64,000 nt of DNA from a bacterium. Lineage in GTDB: Bacteria; Hinthialibacterota; Hinthialibacteria; Hinthialibacterales; Hinthialibacteraceae. The notes under the pieces are model-generated. The model made no database searches, had not been told where the DNA came from, and saw only the letters and a list, made by a program, of their open reading frames with translations. The DNA lies in contig CAXXMV010000002.1 in the NCBI GenBank assembly GCA_963662285.2, positions 1,664,001 through 1,728,000 of the forward strand, given 5' to 3'. Position numbers and translations under genes: made by a program. Positions 20,170 through 29,900 of the stretch are shown here, one piece after another (position 1 is the stretch's first letter; every line of letters begins with the position of its first letter).

Positions 20170-21988
20170 CGAATTGTTGCAGACTTTTTCTACGGTCTGG
20201 TGGGATTGGCTCTTGGCCTGTCTTCCCGGCGCTTTGATCATCTATCTGGCTGCTGAACTTGTGCTGCGACTTGGCAAAAACTGGCCCGCCCGTTTGCGGT
20301 ATGCCATCCTGCTATTGCTGCTGGTTAAATGCGTGGTTCCCGCTCCGTGGACTGTGGAATTGCCCTTTGCGGCGGCGGAGAAGCCGGATTTATCCCAGTA
20401 TCTGGTTCCTGGAATTGACCAGTTGATTGACCAAGGCGTCAAAGAAAAAACGGTTCAAGCGCCAGTGGTGGATTCAAACGCTGTTGTTGCTGAAGAGCCC
20501 GGTTTTGTATTTCCGCCTTTGTCGCAGGTTCTTTTTGTTATCAATATTATCGGCGCCCTTCTGGTGTTCGGGATGGTTTTATCCAGAGTCTTCAAACTGC
20601 ATTGGCGGCTTTGGGGAGCGCCGCAGGATGAGTCTATCAAACAACTCTGCGCTCCAATCTGCGTGCGCATGGGGCTTCGGGTTCCACGTATTTATATAAT
20701 GCCGCAAGTTAGCGGCCCAGTTACGGGTGGATTATTTTTTCCTTACATCCTCATTCCTGCTGGATTACTAGAAAAGCCGCAGGATTATCAGACCTCGGTT
20801 TTAGCGCATGAGTTAGCCCATATAAAACGCAGGGATTCGTTAGTTAATTATGTTCAAATAATTATTACATCTCTCTTCTGGTGGAACCCGATAGTAGCGC
20901 GGGTCAATCATTTAATCCGTTGCGAGCGAGAGCATTGCTGCGACGACATGGTGATCCGCTTGATGCAGATCGCGCCGCAGGATTATTCCAATGTCCTGTT
21001 GGATGCGGCGGAGGAACAAGTACGGCGTCACGGTTATGGCTGGGGGCTGGCCTTCGCCTATCCCAGACATGCCATATATCAACGTATAAGGAGAATGGTC
21101 ATGGAACAGAAACAACGTAAAAGACTTTGGATTGTTAGTACGGCAGTAACAGGGATTTTCGCCTTCTCTATTGTATGCGGCTTCCAGATCGCCAAAGCGA
21201 AATCGCAACAGGATCAACTGCTCGAATTGATGCAAGGATTGCAGCAAATGCAATTAGTCATCATGAAGGCCTACTCCGAAGGCCTCGATCTCAGCGAAGA
21301 GGATATGAAAAATGAGATTGAACTCTTTGCCAAGTCAGCTCGCCGACTAAATGATGTCTTGCATGGAATGACTGATGAAAAGAAGCAGGCGATTGGACTT
21401 AAAGAAGAGAAAAAATTGGGTCTTGATAATTTGAGAGCGGAATTGCTTGAATTATATCGTTTAGGTAAGACTGATGAATTTGAGTTAAAGAAAAGGGAGT
21501 TATTTGAGAAACAAAAAGATTACTACAACTGGGATGCGAATATTGAATATCAACCTAGATGGATAACTGACGAAGTAATGTCTGCCGGGATTGCACGGGC
21601 TGAATCAGAAACGCGTGCACTCAAAAACGCGTTGGAATGCTTTTTTATCGACCATAAAACCTATCCCATACCAATAGAAGGCAACCGGCTTGATCAGGCG
21701 GGCATCAAAATCGGGGAAGGCGCTAATGCAAAAATCCTACGGTTAACGACTCCAGTTGCCTATTTAACCAAAATTCCAGTAGATCCATTCGATCCTGAGG
21801 GGAAACCATATCGTTATTTCAGCAACGGGGTTAGTTATTATGCGCTTGCTTCGCATGGTCCCGACTTGAAAGCCACTTTTGATGTTTCGTTATGGAAAGG
21901 TAAGGGGAAAACTGATGTACGTCCTTATCTATATCTCAAAGAAAACGGCGCCCGCAGTTCCGGTGATATTATCAATTCCGGGCCATAA
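20162..21988 (+). CDS. M56 (BlaR1-type) metallopeptidase with C-terminal GspG-like pseudopilin head domain
   Basis: TM helices, AHELAHIKRRD, WWNP, REHCCD; start at 20162 after GGAG overlapping the blaI stop; last ~135 aa align to the pilin at 4091-4639. Confidence 0.85.
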   Translation: MISELLQTFSTVWWDWLLACLPGALIIYLAAELVLRLGKNWPARLRYAILLLLLVKCVVPAPWTVELPFAAAEKPDLSQYLVPGIDQLIDQGVKEKTVQAPVVDSNAVVAEEPGFVFPPLSQVLFVINIIGALLVFGMVLSRVFKLHWRLWGAPQDESIKQLCAPICVRMGLRVPRIYIMPQVSGPVTGGLFFPYILIPAGLLEKPQDYQTSVLAHELAHIKRRDSLVNYVQIIITSLFWWNPIVARVNHLIRCEREHCCDDMVIRLMQIAPQDYSNVLLDAAEEQVRRHGYGWGLAFAYPRHAIYQRIRRMVMEQKQRKRLWIVSTAVTGIFAFSIVCGFQIAKAKSQQDQLLELMQGLQQMQLVIMKAYSEGLDLSEEDMKNEIELFAKSARRLNDVLHGMTDEKKQAIGLKEEKKLGLDNLRAELLELYRLGKTDEFELKKRELFEKQKDYYNWDANIEYQPRWITDEVMSAGIARAESETRALKNALECFFIDHKTYPIPIEGNRLDQAGIKIGEGANAKILRLTTPVAYLTKIPVDPFDPEGKPYRYFSNGVSYYALASHGPDLKATFDVSLWKGKGKTDVRPYLYLKENGARSSGDIINSGP

Positions 21989-22048
21989 GCAAAAGGATGT
22001 CGCCAATAATTAACGAGTATTGGTCGTTCCAAATTGTCTATAATCTTA

Positions 22049-23371
22049 TCAATCCAGTTTGTTTTGAATTGCGTCTGCTAATGCCGTCCCGATTAATATG
22101 TGGCCTGCCTGGTCGTAGTGGCTTTCATCGACCAGGCGACCACAGAAGAAATTTTCCAGATCGATGATTTTACCATTCACCCTGGTTTTATATATCTGAC
22201 CGTTGGCGAGTTCATAGCCTTCGTTTTCAAATTGATCGAGATAATTGTTTATATCAGGATTATCGGTATACCGGTTGATTTGATATATGGCCTTCCGGCT
22301 GTTGAGGGTTGGGATTGCTTCACGCTTGGCGATCTCTTGTATGATATCGAAATAAGATTTCTGGCTGCGTAATATGGCTTCGCCGTGCAGCGAGCCAATG
22401 GATTGATGATTTTTGAAATGTTGATCGGCCTGCTTTTCATCATTGATTGATCGGTAGCATACTCCAAGAAGATACTGGCGATAGGCTGCGGCGGCGATAT
22501 GCAGATCGGGATTTGACTCGAGCAACTGAATGGCGGTCTGATACCCTTTATTTTCTATCAATTGAGCTGCCTGCTCAGTGACCTCAAACACAGCGGGATT
22601 CTGGTCGATCATTAGAATGATTGGTTCTATATCGTGCTGACGGCATGTTTTGATAAAGGCGTCCAGCTCCCGCCGGAATACATCTTCATCTACCCTTATT
22701 TTAACCCGGTCTAATGATGGCGCCTGTTGTTTTAATTGATCCAGTTTATTTTTCCCCAACTCATAACTGACGGCGTAGAAAAGATTGCTGTGTTGCAGGA
22801 ACCCGATGATATTACGCAGCAGCGCTATTCGTTTGAACGATGCGGCGGAGTCCGGCGGAGTGAGAAGCAGATAGCGGCGGTCATTATACCCCGCCGCCAG
22901 AATGGCTATGTCGGGTTGATAAGCCAGAAGTTGTTCTAACCTGGCGCGGCATTGCACAATTGAATAACCCGGCGTTCCGGCATTCATCACTTCAGCGTTG
23001 ACCCCCTCCTTGCGTAACTGTTCTTGCAGTACATGGGAATAAGTAAACTGATCGCCTACGGCCAGACCGTATGAACGGGAGTCGCCGAGAGTCAGGATGC
23101 GCAAGGCGTGCTGCGAGGTTATAGGGTATTCCTCTTGCCCTCGGAAACCTGCGGAATTGGTATGGACGCGGCGCCCGTTTACGGTTGCGTCGATGGAAGG
23201 GCGCAGCCGCCAGCAGGTTCCGGCGTCCCAATGGTAATATTTCAAATCGCCCTGCTGCCGTAGAGACGAATATTTTGATCCCACATATATTTCAAGACAC
23301 AACCAGAGCAAGGCGGTGAGGAGAGTGCAGAACACTGCTTTTTTTGAGATGGTTGGTGTTGATAGTTTCAT
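22049..23371 (-). CDS. Membrane-anchored SGNH/GDSL hydrolase with TPR-like insert
   Basis: TNSAGFRG, LGDSRSYG, NAGTPGY, GYND, DESH blocks. Confidence 0.75.
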   Translation of the reverse strand: MKLSTPTISKKAVFCTLLTALLWLCLEIYVGSKYSSLRQQGDLKYYHWDAGTCWRLRPSIDATVNGRRVHTNSAGFRGQEEYPITSQHALRILTLGDSRSYGLAVGDQFTYSHVLQEQLRKEGVNAEVMNAGTPGYSIVQCRARLEQLLAYQPDIAILAAGYNDRRYLLLTPPDSAASFKRIALLRNIIGFLQHSNLFYAVSYELGKNKLDQLKQQAPSLDRVKIRVDEDVFRRELDAFIKTCRQHDIEPIILMIDQNPAVFEVTEQAAQLIENKGYQTAIQLLESNPDLHIAAAAYRQYLLGVCYRSINDEKQADQHFKNHQSIGSLHGEAILRSQKSYFDIIQEIAKREAIPTLNSRKAIYQINRYTDNPDINNYLDQFENEGYELANGQIYKTRVNGKIIDLENFFCGRLVDESHYDQAGHILIGTALADAIQNKLD

Positions 23372-23461
23372 GTTTAGAGAACCGCTTGCATATTGAATCA
23401 AAGATTGAGTATAATAAAGAAGCTGAAAATCCGGCAGTACTCACGCATGGGGGACGATATC

Positions 23462-23629
23462 ATGAAGACAATTCTCGCAGCTATTTGCCGGTTATGCCCG
23501 TTTTGCATAGCCCGCAGAGCATGGCCTGACAGTTCTTATGGACGGTTCATGGTTAAAATAGAAAAGCACTGCCCATTTTGTAAAGCCTACGATGAGTTGC
23601 ATGATATTAAGCCGCCTGATGAACAGTAA
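23462..23629 (+). CDS. 55-aa Cys-rich small protein (CxxCPFC...CPFC)
   Basis: GGGGAC SD then ATG 23462; ICRLCPFC...HCPFCKAY. Confidence 0.6.
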   Translation: MKTILAAICRLCPFCIARRAWPDSSYGRFMVKIEKHCPFCKAYDELHDIKPPDEQ

Positions 23630-23663
23630 AGCGGCGCCGCTATGTATGGTGGAATAAAGCTAA

Positions 23664-23754
23664 GTAGGGTGGGCTAAAAGCGAAGCGTAGCCCACCAAAG
23701 CCACCAATGCATCATGGTGGGCTACGCCGCTTCGCGGCTTTTAGCCCACCCTAC
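23664..23754. repeat. REPIN (inverted REP doublet), copy 1
   Basis: GTAGGGTGGGCTAAAAGCGAAGCGTAGCCCACC, 19-nt spacer, inverted REP ending CCCACCCTAC. Confidence 0.9.
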
Positions 23755-23850
23755 CTGGTTTTAGGGATAGCCGTTTTGTCATATTTTTGATATGGTAGAA
23801 GCCTATAACTTCAAGATATTTCTTTGGTCCATAAGGAGTTTATTTTTATA

Positions 23851-24744
23851 ATGAGCGATATAACCAGACGAGAATTTATAAAGACGTCAGTAATCGGCGC
23901 GGGAGCATTGGTCGCTTCACCGGTATTGGCGGCGGAGCAGGTTAAATGCTGCGCCAAATTTCAGGCTTGCGACCGGGTAGCATTAGGCAAAACCGGGATT
24001 GTCGCTTCACGTCTGGCCATGGGAACCGGCATGCATGGTTCTGAAAGGTCATCGGATCATACTAGACTTGGACAGGAAAAATTCACCGAACTGATCCGGC
24101 ATGGTTACGATAATGGCTTGAACTTTTTCGATATGGCCGATCTTTATGGCAGCCACCCCTTTATGAAAAATGCGCTGCAAGGCATCCCGCGCGATAAATA
24201 TGTTTTGTTGAGCAAACTGTGGTTCCGGGAAGGAAAAGTGATTAAACCATCCGGCGGCGCCATAAAAGAAGTGGATCAATACCGTAAAGAATTGGGTACG
24301 GATATTATCGATGTGGTCTTGATTCATTGCGCTAACAAGCCAACCTGGGCCGAAGACTTGAAGCGGGTGCGCGATGAACTTTCACAGCTCAAAGAAAAAG
24401 GCGCCATCCGCGCCTGCGGCGTCTCATGTCATAGTCATGAGTGTTTGAAAGTCGCCGCTGAAATAGAGTGGACCGACGTCATCCTGGCGCGCATCAATAA
24501 TACCGGCGCCAAAATGGGCGCCTCTCCGGAAGAGATCAGCAATACTCTCGCTAAAGCGCGGGCTAATGGCAAGTGCGTGTTAGGCATGAAAATATTCGGC
24601 GAAGGAACTCTGATCCAACCGGAACAAAAAGACGCCTCGTTGAAATATATTCTTAAAAACGACATTATAGACGCCATGACCATCGGTATGCTCAGCACTG
24701 AGCAGGTTGATGATAGTATGAAACGTATTGCAGGAGTCTCTTGA
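23851..24744 (+). CDS. Aldo/keto reductase with twin-arginine signal
   Basis: TRREFIK; LGKTG..SRLAMGT, FFDMADLYG, IDVVLIH, GVSCH. Confidence 0.85.
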   Translation: MSDITRREFIKTSVIGAGALVASPVLAAEQVKCCAKFQACDRVALGKTGIVASRLAMGTGMHGSERSSDHTRLGQEKFTELIRHGYDNGLNFFDMADLYGSHPFMKNALQGIPRDKYVLLSKLWFREGKVIKPSGGAIKEVDQYRKELGTDIIDVVLIHCANKPTWAEDLKRVRDELSQLKEKGAIRACGVSCHSHECLKVAAEIEWTDVILARINNTGAKMGASPEEISNTLAKARANGKCVLGMKIFGEGTLIQPEQKDASLKYILKNDIIDAMTIGMLSTEQVDDSMKRIAGVS

Positions 24745-24763
24745 ACGCACTAGTGTTATTAGG

Positions 24764-24811
24764 GGTGGCAAGGGCAAGACCGCATTGCGGTCAGCCCTTG
24801 ATCAAGCCACC
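24764..24811. repeat. REP family A hairpin
   Basis: GGTGGCAAGGGCAAGACCGCATTGCGGTCAGCCCTTGATCAAGCCACC; related copies near 1913, 43738, 46940, 63244. Confidence 0.8.
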
Positions 24812-24868
24812 CAATATAAGGGGAGTTGAGAGTATAAGAAAATACAGTTTGAATTGAAAGGATAGACC

Positions 24869-26326
24869 ATGCGCCGCTTGATTGCACGACGTGAATTTAT
24901 GGGACAGGCCGCCGTTGGTTCATTGATGGCCTTATCGGGCTGCGCCACAACTCAAGTGGCCAGACGCAAAGAGCAGCGATCGCCCAACATCGTCATAATT
25001 ATGACGGACGATCAGGGTTACGCTGATACAGGCGCTTTCGGCGCCAAGGATTTTGAAACCCCCAATCTGGACCGGATGGCGCAGGAAGGCATCCGCTTTA
25101 CTGACTTCCATGTTTCGCAACCGGTATGCGGAGCGTCGCGGGCGTCATTGCTGACCGGGTGCTACTCCAACCGCATCGGCATGCTGGGAGCGCCTAGTCA
25201 TAACAGTACTCATGGCATCAATAGCAATGAAATGACAATGGCTGAGTTGGTCAAGCAGAAAGATTACAAAACCGCCATTTTCGGCAAATGGCACCTGGGG
25301 CATCATAAACAGTTTCTGCCAGTCCATCACGGCTTTGATGAGTATTTCGGTTTACCATACTCCAACGACATGTGGCCTTTGCATCCAGAGGCTCCCGGTG
25401 GCTACCCGGCGTTGCCGTTGATTAAAGATGATGAAACAATTGAGTTTAATCCCGATCAATCGAAATTGACCACGCAATACACCGAACATGCCGTCAAGTT
25501 TATCGAGAAGAATCAGAGCAAGCCTTTCTTCCTATATCTGGCGCATAGTATGCCGCATGTTCCCCTGTTCGTGTCTGATAAATTTAAGGGTAAATCAAAA
25601 CAGGGGTTGTACGGCGATGTTATCATGGAGATCGACTGGTCGGTTGGTCAGGTTTTGGAAACCATCAAACGTTGCGGCCTGGATGATGACACCCTGGTTA
25701 TCTTTACTTCAGATAACGGTCCGTGGCTCAGTTATGGCGATCATGCCGGTTCGGCAGGACCGTTGCGCGAAGGCAAGGGAACCACTTGGGACGGCGGGCA
25801 CCGCGAACCGACTATCATGCGTTGGCCGGGCGCCATCCGCGCTGGAAGCGTATGCAGCGAGCCATGTATGACTATCGACCTGCTGCCCACTATCGCTGGA
25901 TTGACGGGAACCACTCCGCCGCAGCATAAGATAGATGGATTGGATATCTGGCCGTTGATTTCCGGCGATGCTAAAGCCAAATCCCCTCATGAAGCGCTTT
26001 ATTTCTATTGGGGCGATCACCTGCAGGCGGTGCGCAGCGGCAAGTGGAAAATGCATTTACCGCATGACTACCGCACATTGGCCGGACGTAAAGGCGGCTC
26101 GGGCGGCATACCGGTCAAGTATAGTCAGACCAAGACTGGTCTGGCCCTGTATGATATGGAAAAAGATATCGGCGAACTGCATGATGTCGCTAAAGAGAAT
26201 CCCGCAGTTGTGCGGCGCTTGCAAGCTCTGGCTGATAAAGCGCGAGCTGAGTTGGGCGACAAGGGAATCAAAGGCAGCGGTTACAGGCCGCCGGGGCAGC
26301 TCAAAGTTACAAATAAACCAGCATAA
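24869..26326 (+). CDS. Formylglycine-dependent sulfatase (S1), Tat lipoprotein-like signal
   Basis: [34 protein letters not shown]; ARREF..LSGC. Confidence 0.93.
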   Translation: MRRLIARREFMGQAAVGSLMALSGCATTQVARRKEQRSPNIVIIMTDDQGYADTGAFGAKDFETPNLDRMAQEGIRFTDFHVSQPVCGASRASLLTGCYSNRIGMLGAPSHNSTHGINSNEMTMAELVKQKDYKTAIFGKWHLGHHKQFLPVHHGFDEYFGLPYSNDMWPLHPEAPGGYPALPLIKDDETIEFNPDQSKLTTQYTEHAVKFIEKNQSKPFFLYLAHSMPHVPLFVSDKFKGKSKQGLYGDVIMEIDWSVGQVLETIKRCGLDDDTLVIFTSDNGPWLSYGDHAGSAGPLREGKGTTWDGGHREPTIMRWPGAIRAGSVCSEPCMTIDLLPTIAGLTGTTPPQHKIDGLDIWPLISGDAKAKSPHEALYFYWGDHLQAVRSGKWKMHLPHDYRTLAGRKGGSGGIPVKYSQTKTGLALYDMEKDIGELHDVAKENPAVVRRLQALADKARAELGDKGIKGSGYRPPGQLKVTNKPA

Positions 26327-26332
26327 TATATC

Positions 26333-26362
26333 AAAAAGCGCTGCCTTGCGGGAGCGCTTTTT
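26333..26362 (+). terminator. Intrinsic terminator
   Basis: AAAAAGCGCT...AGCGCTTTTT hairpin. Confidence 0.65.
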
Positions 26363-26396
26363 AACATGAATGATTGATTTTAATATGGAGAAGAAG

Positions 26397-29300
26397 ATGA
26401 CTCGATTAAAGATCACTTTGTTAACATTCAGTATTGCTTTAATGGCGACTAGTTTGATTGCCGTAAGCGGCGCATATGGTGAAGTTCGCATTTGGGAAGA
26501 GGAATTGGTGATTCCGTCTTATGAAATTTTGCCCGCTGAACGTCTGCCCCGGTTTTATGAAGGCCGGGTCTATCAGGGCGCCCAAGGGCGGGTCTATCCC
26601 TACCCCATGTCGGATCGTTTGACCAGCAATCTAAATGATCAAACCTATGACGCGGTGTATCTGGAAAATGAATACGTCAAAATTAGCGTCCTGCCGGAAA
26701 TCGGCGGGCGTATTTTTACCGCCCTCGATAAAACCAATGGCTATGATTTCTTCTATCGCCAGCATGTGATCAAGCCAGCCTTGATCGGAATGCTGGGCGC
26801 CTGGATATCCGGCGGGGTGGAATGGAATTTCCCCCATCACCATCGATCCAGAACCTATATGCCGATGGATTATCAAATAACCGAGAACTTGGATGGCAGC
26901 AAGACGCTGTGGCTCAGCGAATTGGAACGGCGTCACCGTATGCGCTTTATGCTGGGTTTGACATTGCATCCCGGAAAGTCGTATATCCAAGCCACAGTTA
27001 AGATGATCAACCGCACGCCGTATGTCAATTCGTTTCTATATTTCGCCAATCCAGCGGTTCATGTGGATGAGACCTATCAGGTTATCTTTCCGCCGGATGT
27101 GGAATTCGTTACTCAACACGCCAAACGCGAGTTTTCTGAGTGGCCTGTTTCTAATAGTAGATACGGCGGGCGTAAATACAACAATGAAGATATCAGCTGG
27201 TGGAAGAATCTGCCATCGCCGGTATCGTTTTTCTGCTGGAATTATGATGCGGATTACTTCGCGGGTTACGATCATGGCAAAGAGGCCGGAGTGGCTTATG
27301 TATCCAATCATCACATCGCTCCGGGGATGAAGTTCTTTACCTTCGGTTGCGGCAATTCAGGCAAAACCTGGGACAAGATGTTGACTGACGAAGATGGTCC
27401 CTATCTGGAATTAATGGCGGGGGGCTATTCTGACAACCAACCGGATTACAGCTGGGGGCAACCCTACGAGACCAAGACGGTTAATCAATACTGGTTCCCC
27501 CTGCGTCAATTGGCTGATATGAAATACGCCAATCTGCAAGGCGCAGTGCATTTCAAAGTTGTAGAGAATCAGACGGCGAAAATCCGCATCAACTCAACCT
27601 CGGAACGTAAAAACGCCAAGGTGGTTTTGTATAATGGTGATGAGATTCTATTTGAACAGGCCATAGATATCAACCCGGCCAAACCATTCTCGGCGGATGT
27701 GAAAGTTCCAACTGGCATCGAAGAAGGCAATCTGAAAATTACTCTCCAGTCTGCTGAAGGCGAAACGCTGCTGCAATACTCTCCCATCAAACAGCCCGGC
27801 AAGCCTATGCCTGATCCGGTTGAACCGCCCCCGGCGCCGGAAAAGATTGAGACCATCGAAGAACTGTATCTGGCGGGGTTGCGCCTCGACCTGTTCCATA
27901 ACGCCAAAGTTGATTCGATGCCTTATTATGAAGAAGCGTTGCGTAGGGATCCCGGCGATGCGCGGGTTAATACCCAAGTGGGCATTCTGTACAGCAAACG
28001 TGGACTCTTCGCCGAAGCTGAAGAAAAACTGACCGCCGCAGTGGAGCGTATATCGCGCAATTACACCCGCGTAAGAGATGGCGAAGCCTTTTATTACCTG
28101 GGCGGGGCGCTTAAAGCGCAGCATAAATACAAAGCGGCCTACGACGCCTATTACCGCTCTAGTTGGAGTTCGGCGTGGCATTCGGCGGCCTATTATTCAT
28201 TGGCGCAGCTGGATTGCCTGGCTGGCAATTACGACAAAGCGCTGGATCATTTACAGCGCTCTATCAATACCAATGCGCTCAACACCAAGGCGCTTAACCT
28301 CAAAGCCGCCGTTTTGCGCAGGATGGAACGGTATGCTGAAGCAGAGAAAATAATCGCTTCAGCCAATGACATTGATCGATTCGATTATTGGACGATCAAC
28401 GAACAGATTCTGACTCATCGTCAAATGGGATTATTTAAAAAGTCGGATGAAGAGTTGCAAGCCATGTGCGGCCTGATGCAAGATAAGGTGCAGACCCTTC
28501 TGGAACTGGCGGTTGATTACGGCGCCTGTGGTTTGTGGGATGAAGCGATTGACGTGTTGCAACGGCTGGCGGCGTCCAAAACCAGCAGCGACTCATCTTT
28601 CCCGATGGTTTATTATTATTTGGGATATTTCCATGATCAAAAGGATGAGTCCACTCAAGCGCTGAAATATTATAAACAAGCGGCTGCCATGCCGACGGAT
28701 TATTGCTTCCCCTTCCGTCTGGAATCGATTGACGTGCTGCAATGCGCTATGACCCGTAATCCACTGGATGCATTGGCGCCATATTATCTGGGTAACCTGC
28801 TCTATGACTGGCAGCCGGAAAAGGCGGTTGAATATTGGGAGCAGGCCAGGCGAAACAATTGCTCCTACTATGCGTTATACCGTAATCTGGCATACGCCTA
28901 CGCCAAGGATGACGGGCGCATTGATCAAGCCATCGCTTTGATGGAACAAGCCATAGAACGTAATGCTACTGATCCAAGAGTATTCTTTGAACTCGATGAA
29001 CTATATGAAAAACAGGGCGCCACGCTGGAAAAGCGGGTTGCGCTGCTGAACCAACATTATGAAATTATTCTGCAACGCGACGATGCATTGCAACGCGCTA
29101 TTGGATTGTTCGTCCTTACTGGAGAATATGATAGAGCGGTTGATCTCTTGACCAATCATAATTTCCACACCTGGGAGGGCGGTGGTTCGATTCATAATAT
29201 TTATGTCAACGCTTTTCTGCTGCGCGGTGTGCAGCGCTTGCATAACAAAGATTACCAAGAGGCCTTGCAGGATTTCCAAAAGTCTCTGCTCTATCCGGAT

Positions 29301-29750
29301 AACCTGGAAGTGGCTCAACCTTATGTGGATGATAAAGCCCCACGCGCATGGCATCTGATGGGCGTGTGCTACGCGGAAATGGGTGATGAGGAACAGGCCA
29401 AAACCTATTTTGATAAATCATGCAAGCAAAAACACCGCTCACCGGAGATTGCCTATTACCGCGCTTTGTCGTATCAAAAAACCGGACAGCAGGATGAAGC
29501 GGTCAAGATATTTGATGAGCTGATTGAATCAGGCAACGATATGCTGAAGAATCCCGGATCGCATGACTTCTTCGCCAAGTTCGGAGAACGGCAATCGCCC
29601 AAAGAGCGCAAGGCCACCGCGTATTATATCATCGGCCTGGGACATCTTGGTAATGGAGAAACGGATAAAGCCAAAGATGAGTTTGCGCAATCGTTGGCTC
29701 TTAATATCAACCAGGCATGGACCCAATATCAATTGGATCAATTGAAATAG
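26397..29750 (+). CDS. DUF5107 domain protein with TPR repeats
   Basis: LENEY..VLPEIGGRI, WISGGVEWNFP, GMKFFTFG, YSDNQPDY followed by many TPRs. Confidence 0.85.
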   Translation: MTRLKITLLTFSIALMATSLIAVSGAYGEVRIWEEELVIPSYEILPAERLPRFYEGRVYQGAQGRVYPYPMSDRLTSNLNDQTYDAVYLENEYVKISVLPEIGGRIFTALDKTNGYDFFYRQHVIKPALIGMLGAWISGGVEWNFPHHHRSRTYMPMDYQITENLDGSKTLWLSELERRHRMRFMLGLTLHPGKSYIQATVKMINRTPYVNSFLYFANPAVHVDETYQVIFPPDVEFVTQHAKREFSEWPVSNSRYGGRKYNNEDISWWKNLPSPVSFFCWNYDADYFAGYDHGKEAGVAYVSNHHIAPGMKFFTFGCGNSGKTWDKMLTDEDGPYLELMAGGYSDNQPDYSWGQPYETKTVNQYWFPLRQLADMKYANLQGAVHFKVVENQTAKIRINSTSERKNAKVVLYNGDEILFEQAIDINPAKPFSADVKVPTGIEEGNLKITLQSAEGETLLQYSPIKQPGKPMPDPVEPPPAPEKIETIEELYLAGLRLDLFHNAKVDSMPYYEEALRRDPGDARVNTQVGILYSKRGLFAEAEEKLTAAVERISRNYTRVRDGEAFYYLGGALKAQHKYKAAYDAYYRSSWSSAWHSAAYYSLAQLDCLAGNYDKALDHLQRSINTNALNTKALNLKAAVLRRMERYAEAEKIIASANDIDRFDYWTINEQILTHRQMGLFKKSDEELQAMCGLMQDKVQTLLELAVDYGACGLWDEAIDVLQRLAASKTSSDSSFPMVYYYLGYFHDQKDESTQALKYYKQAAAMPTDYCFPFRLESIDVLQCAMTRNPLDALAPYYLGNLLYDWQPEKAVEYWEQARRNNCSYYALYRNLAYAYAKDDGRIDQAIALMEQAIERNATDPRVFFELDELYEKQGATLEKRVALLNQHYEIILQRDDALQRAIGLFVLTGEYDRAVDLLTNHNFHTWEGGGSIHNIYVNAFLLRGVQRLHNKDYQEALQDFQKSLLYPDNLEVAQPYVDDKAPRAWHLMGVCYAEMGDEEQAKTYFDKSCKQKHRSPEIAYYRALSYQKTGQQDEAVKIFDELIESGNDMLKNPGSHDFFAKFGERQSPKERKATAYYIIGLGHLGNGETDKAKDEFAQSLALNINQAWTQYQLDQLK

Positions 29751-29771
29751 ATTGCAAAAACAATAAATAAT

Positions 29772-29806
29772 AAAGCCGCTCGGAGTTAATTTGCCGGGCG
29801 GCTTTT
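29772..29806 (+). terminator. Intrinsic terminator
   Basis: AAAGCCGCTCGG...CCGGGCGGCTTTT. Confidence 0.65.
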
Positions 29807-29809
29807 CGC

Positions 29810-29900
29810 GTAGGGTGGGCTAAAAGCCGCGAAGCGGCGTAGCCCACCATGATGCATAAGTGGCTTTGGTGGGCTACGCTTCGCTTTTAGCCCACCCTAC
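29810..29900. repeat. REPIN copy 2, inverted relative to copy 1
   Basis: Reverse complement of 23664-23754 with 2 spacer differences. Confidence 0.9.
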
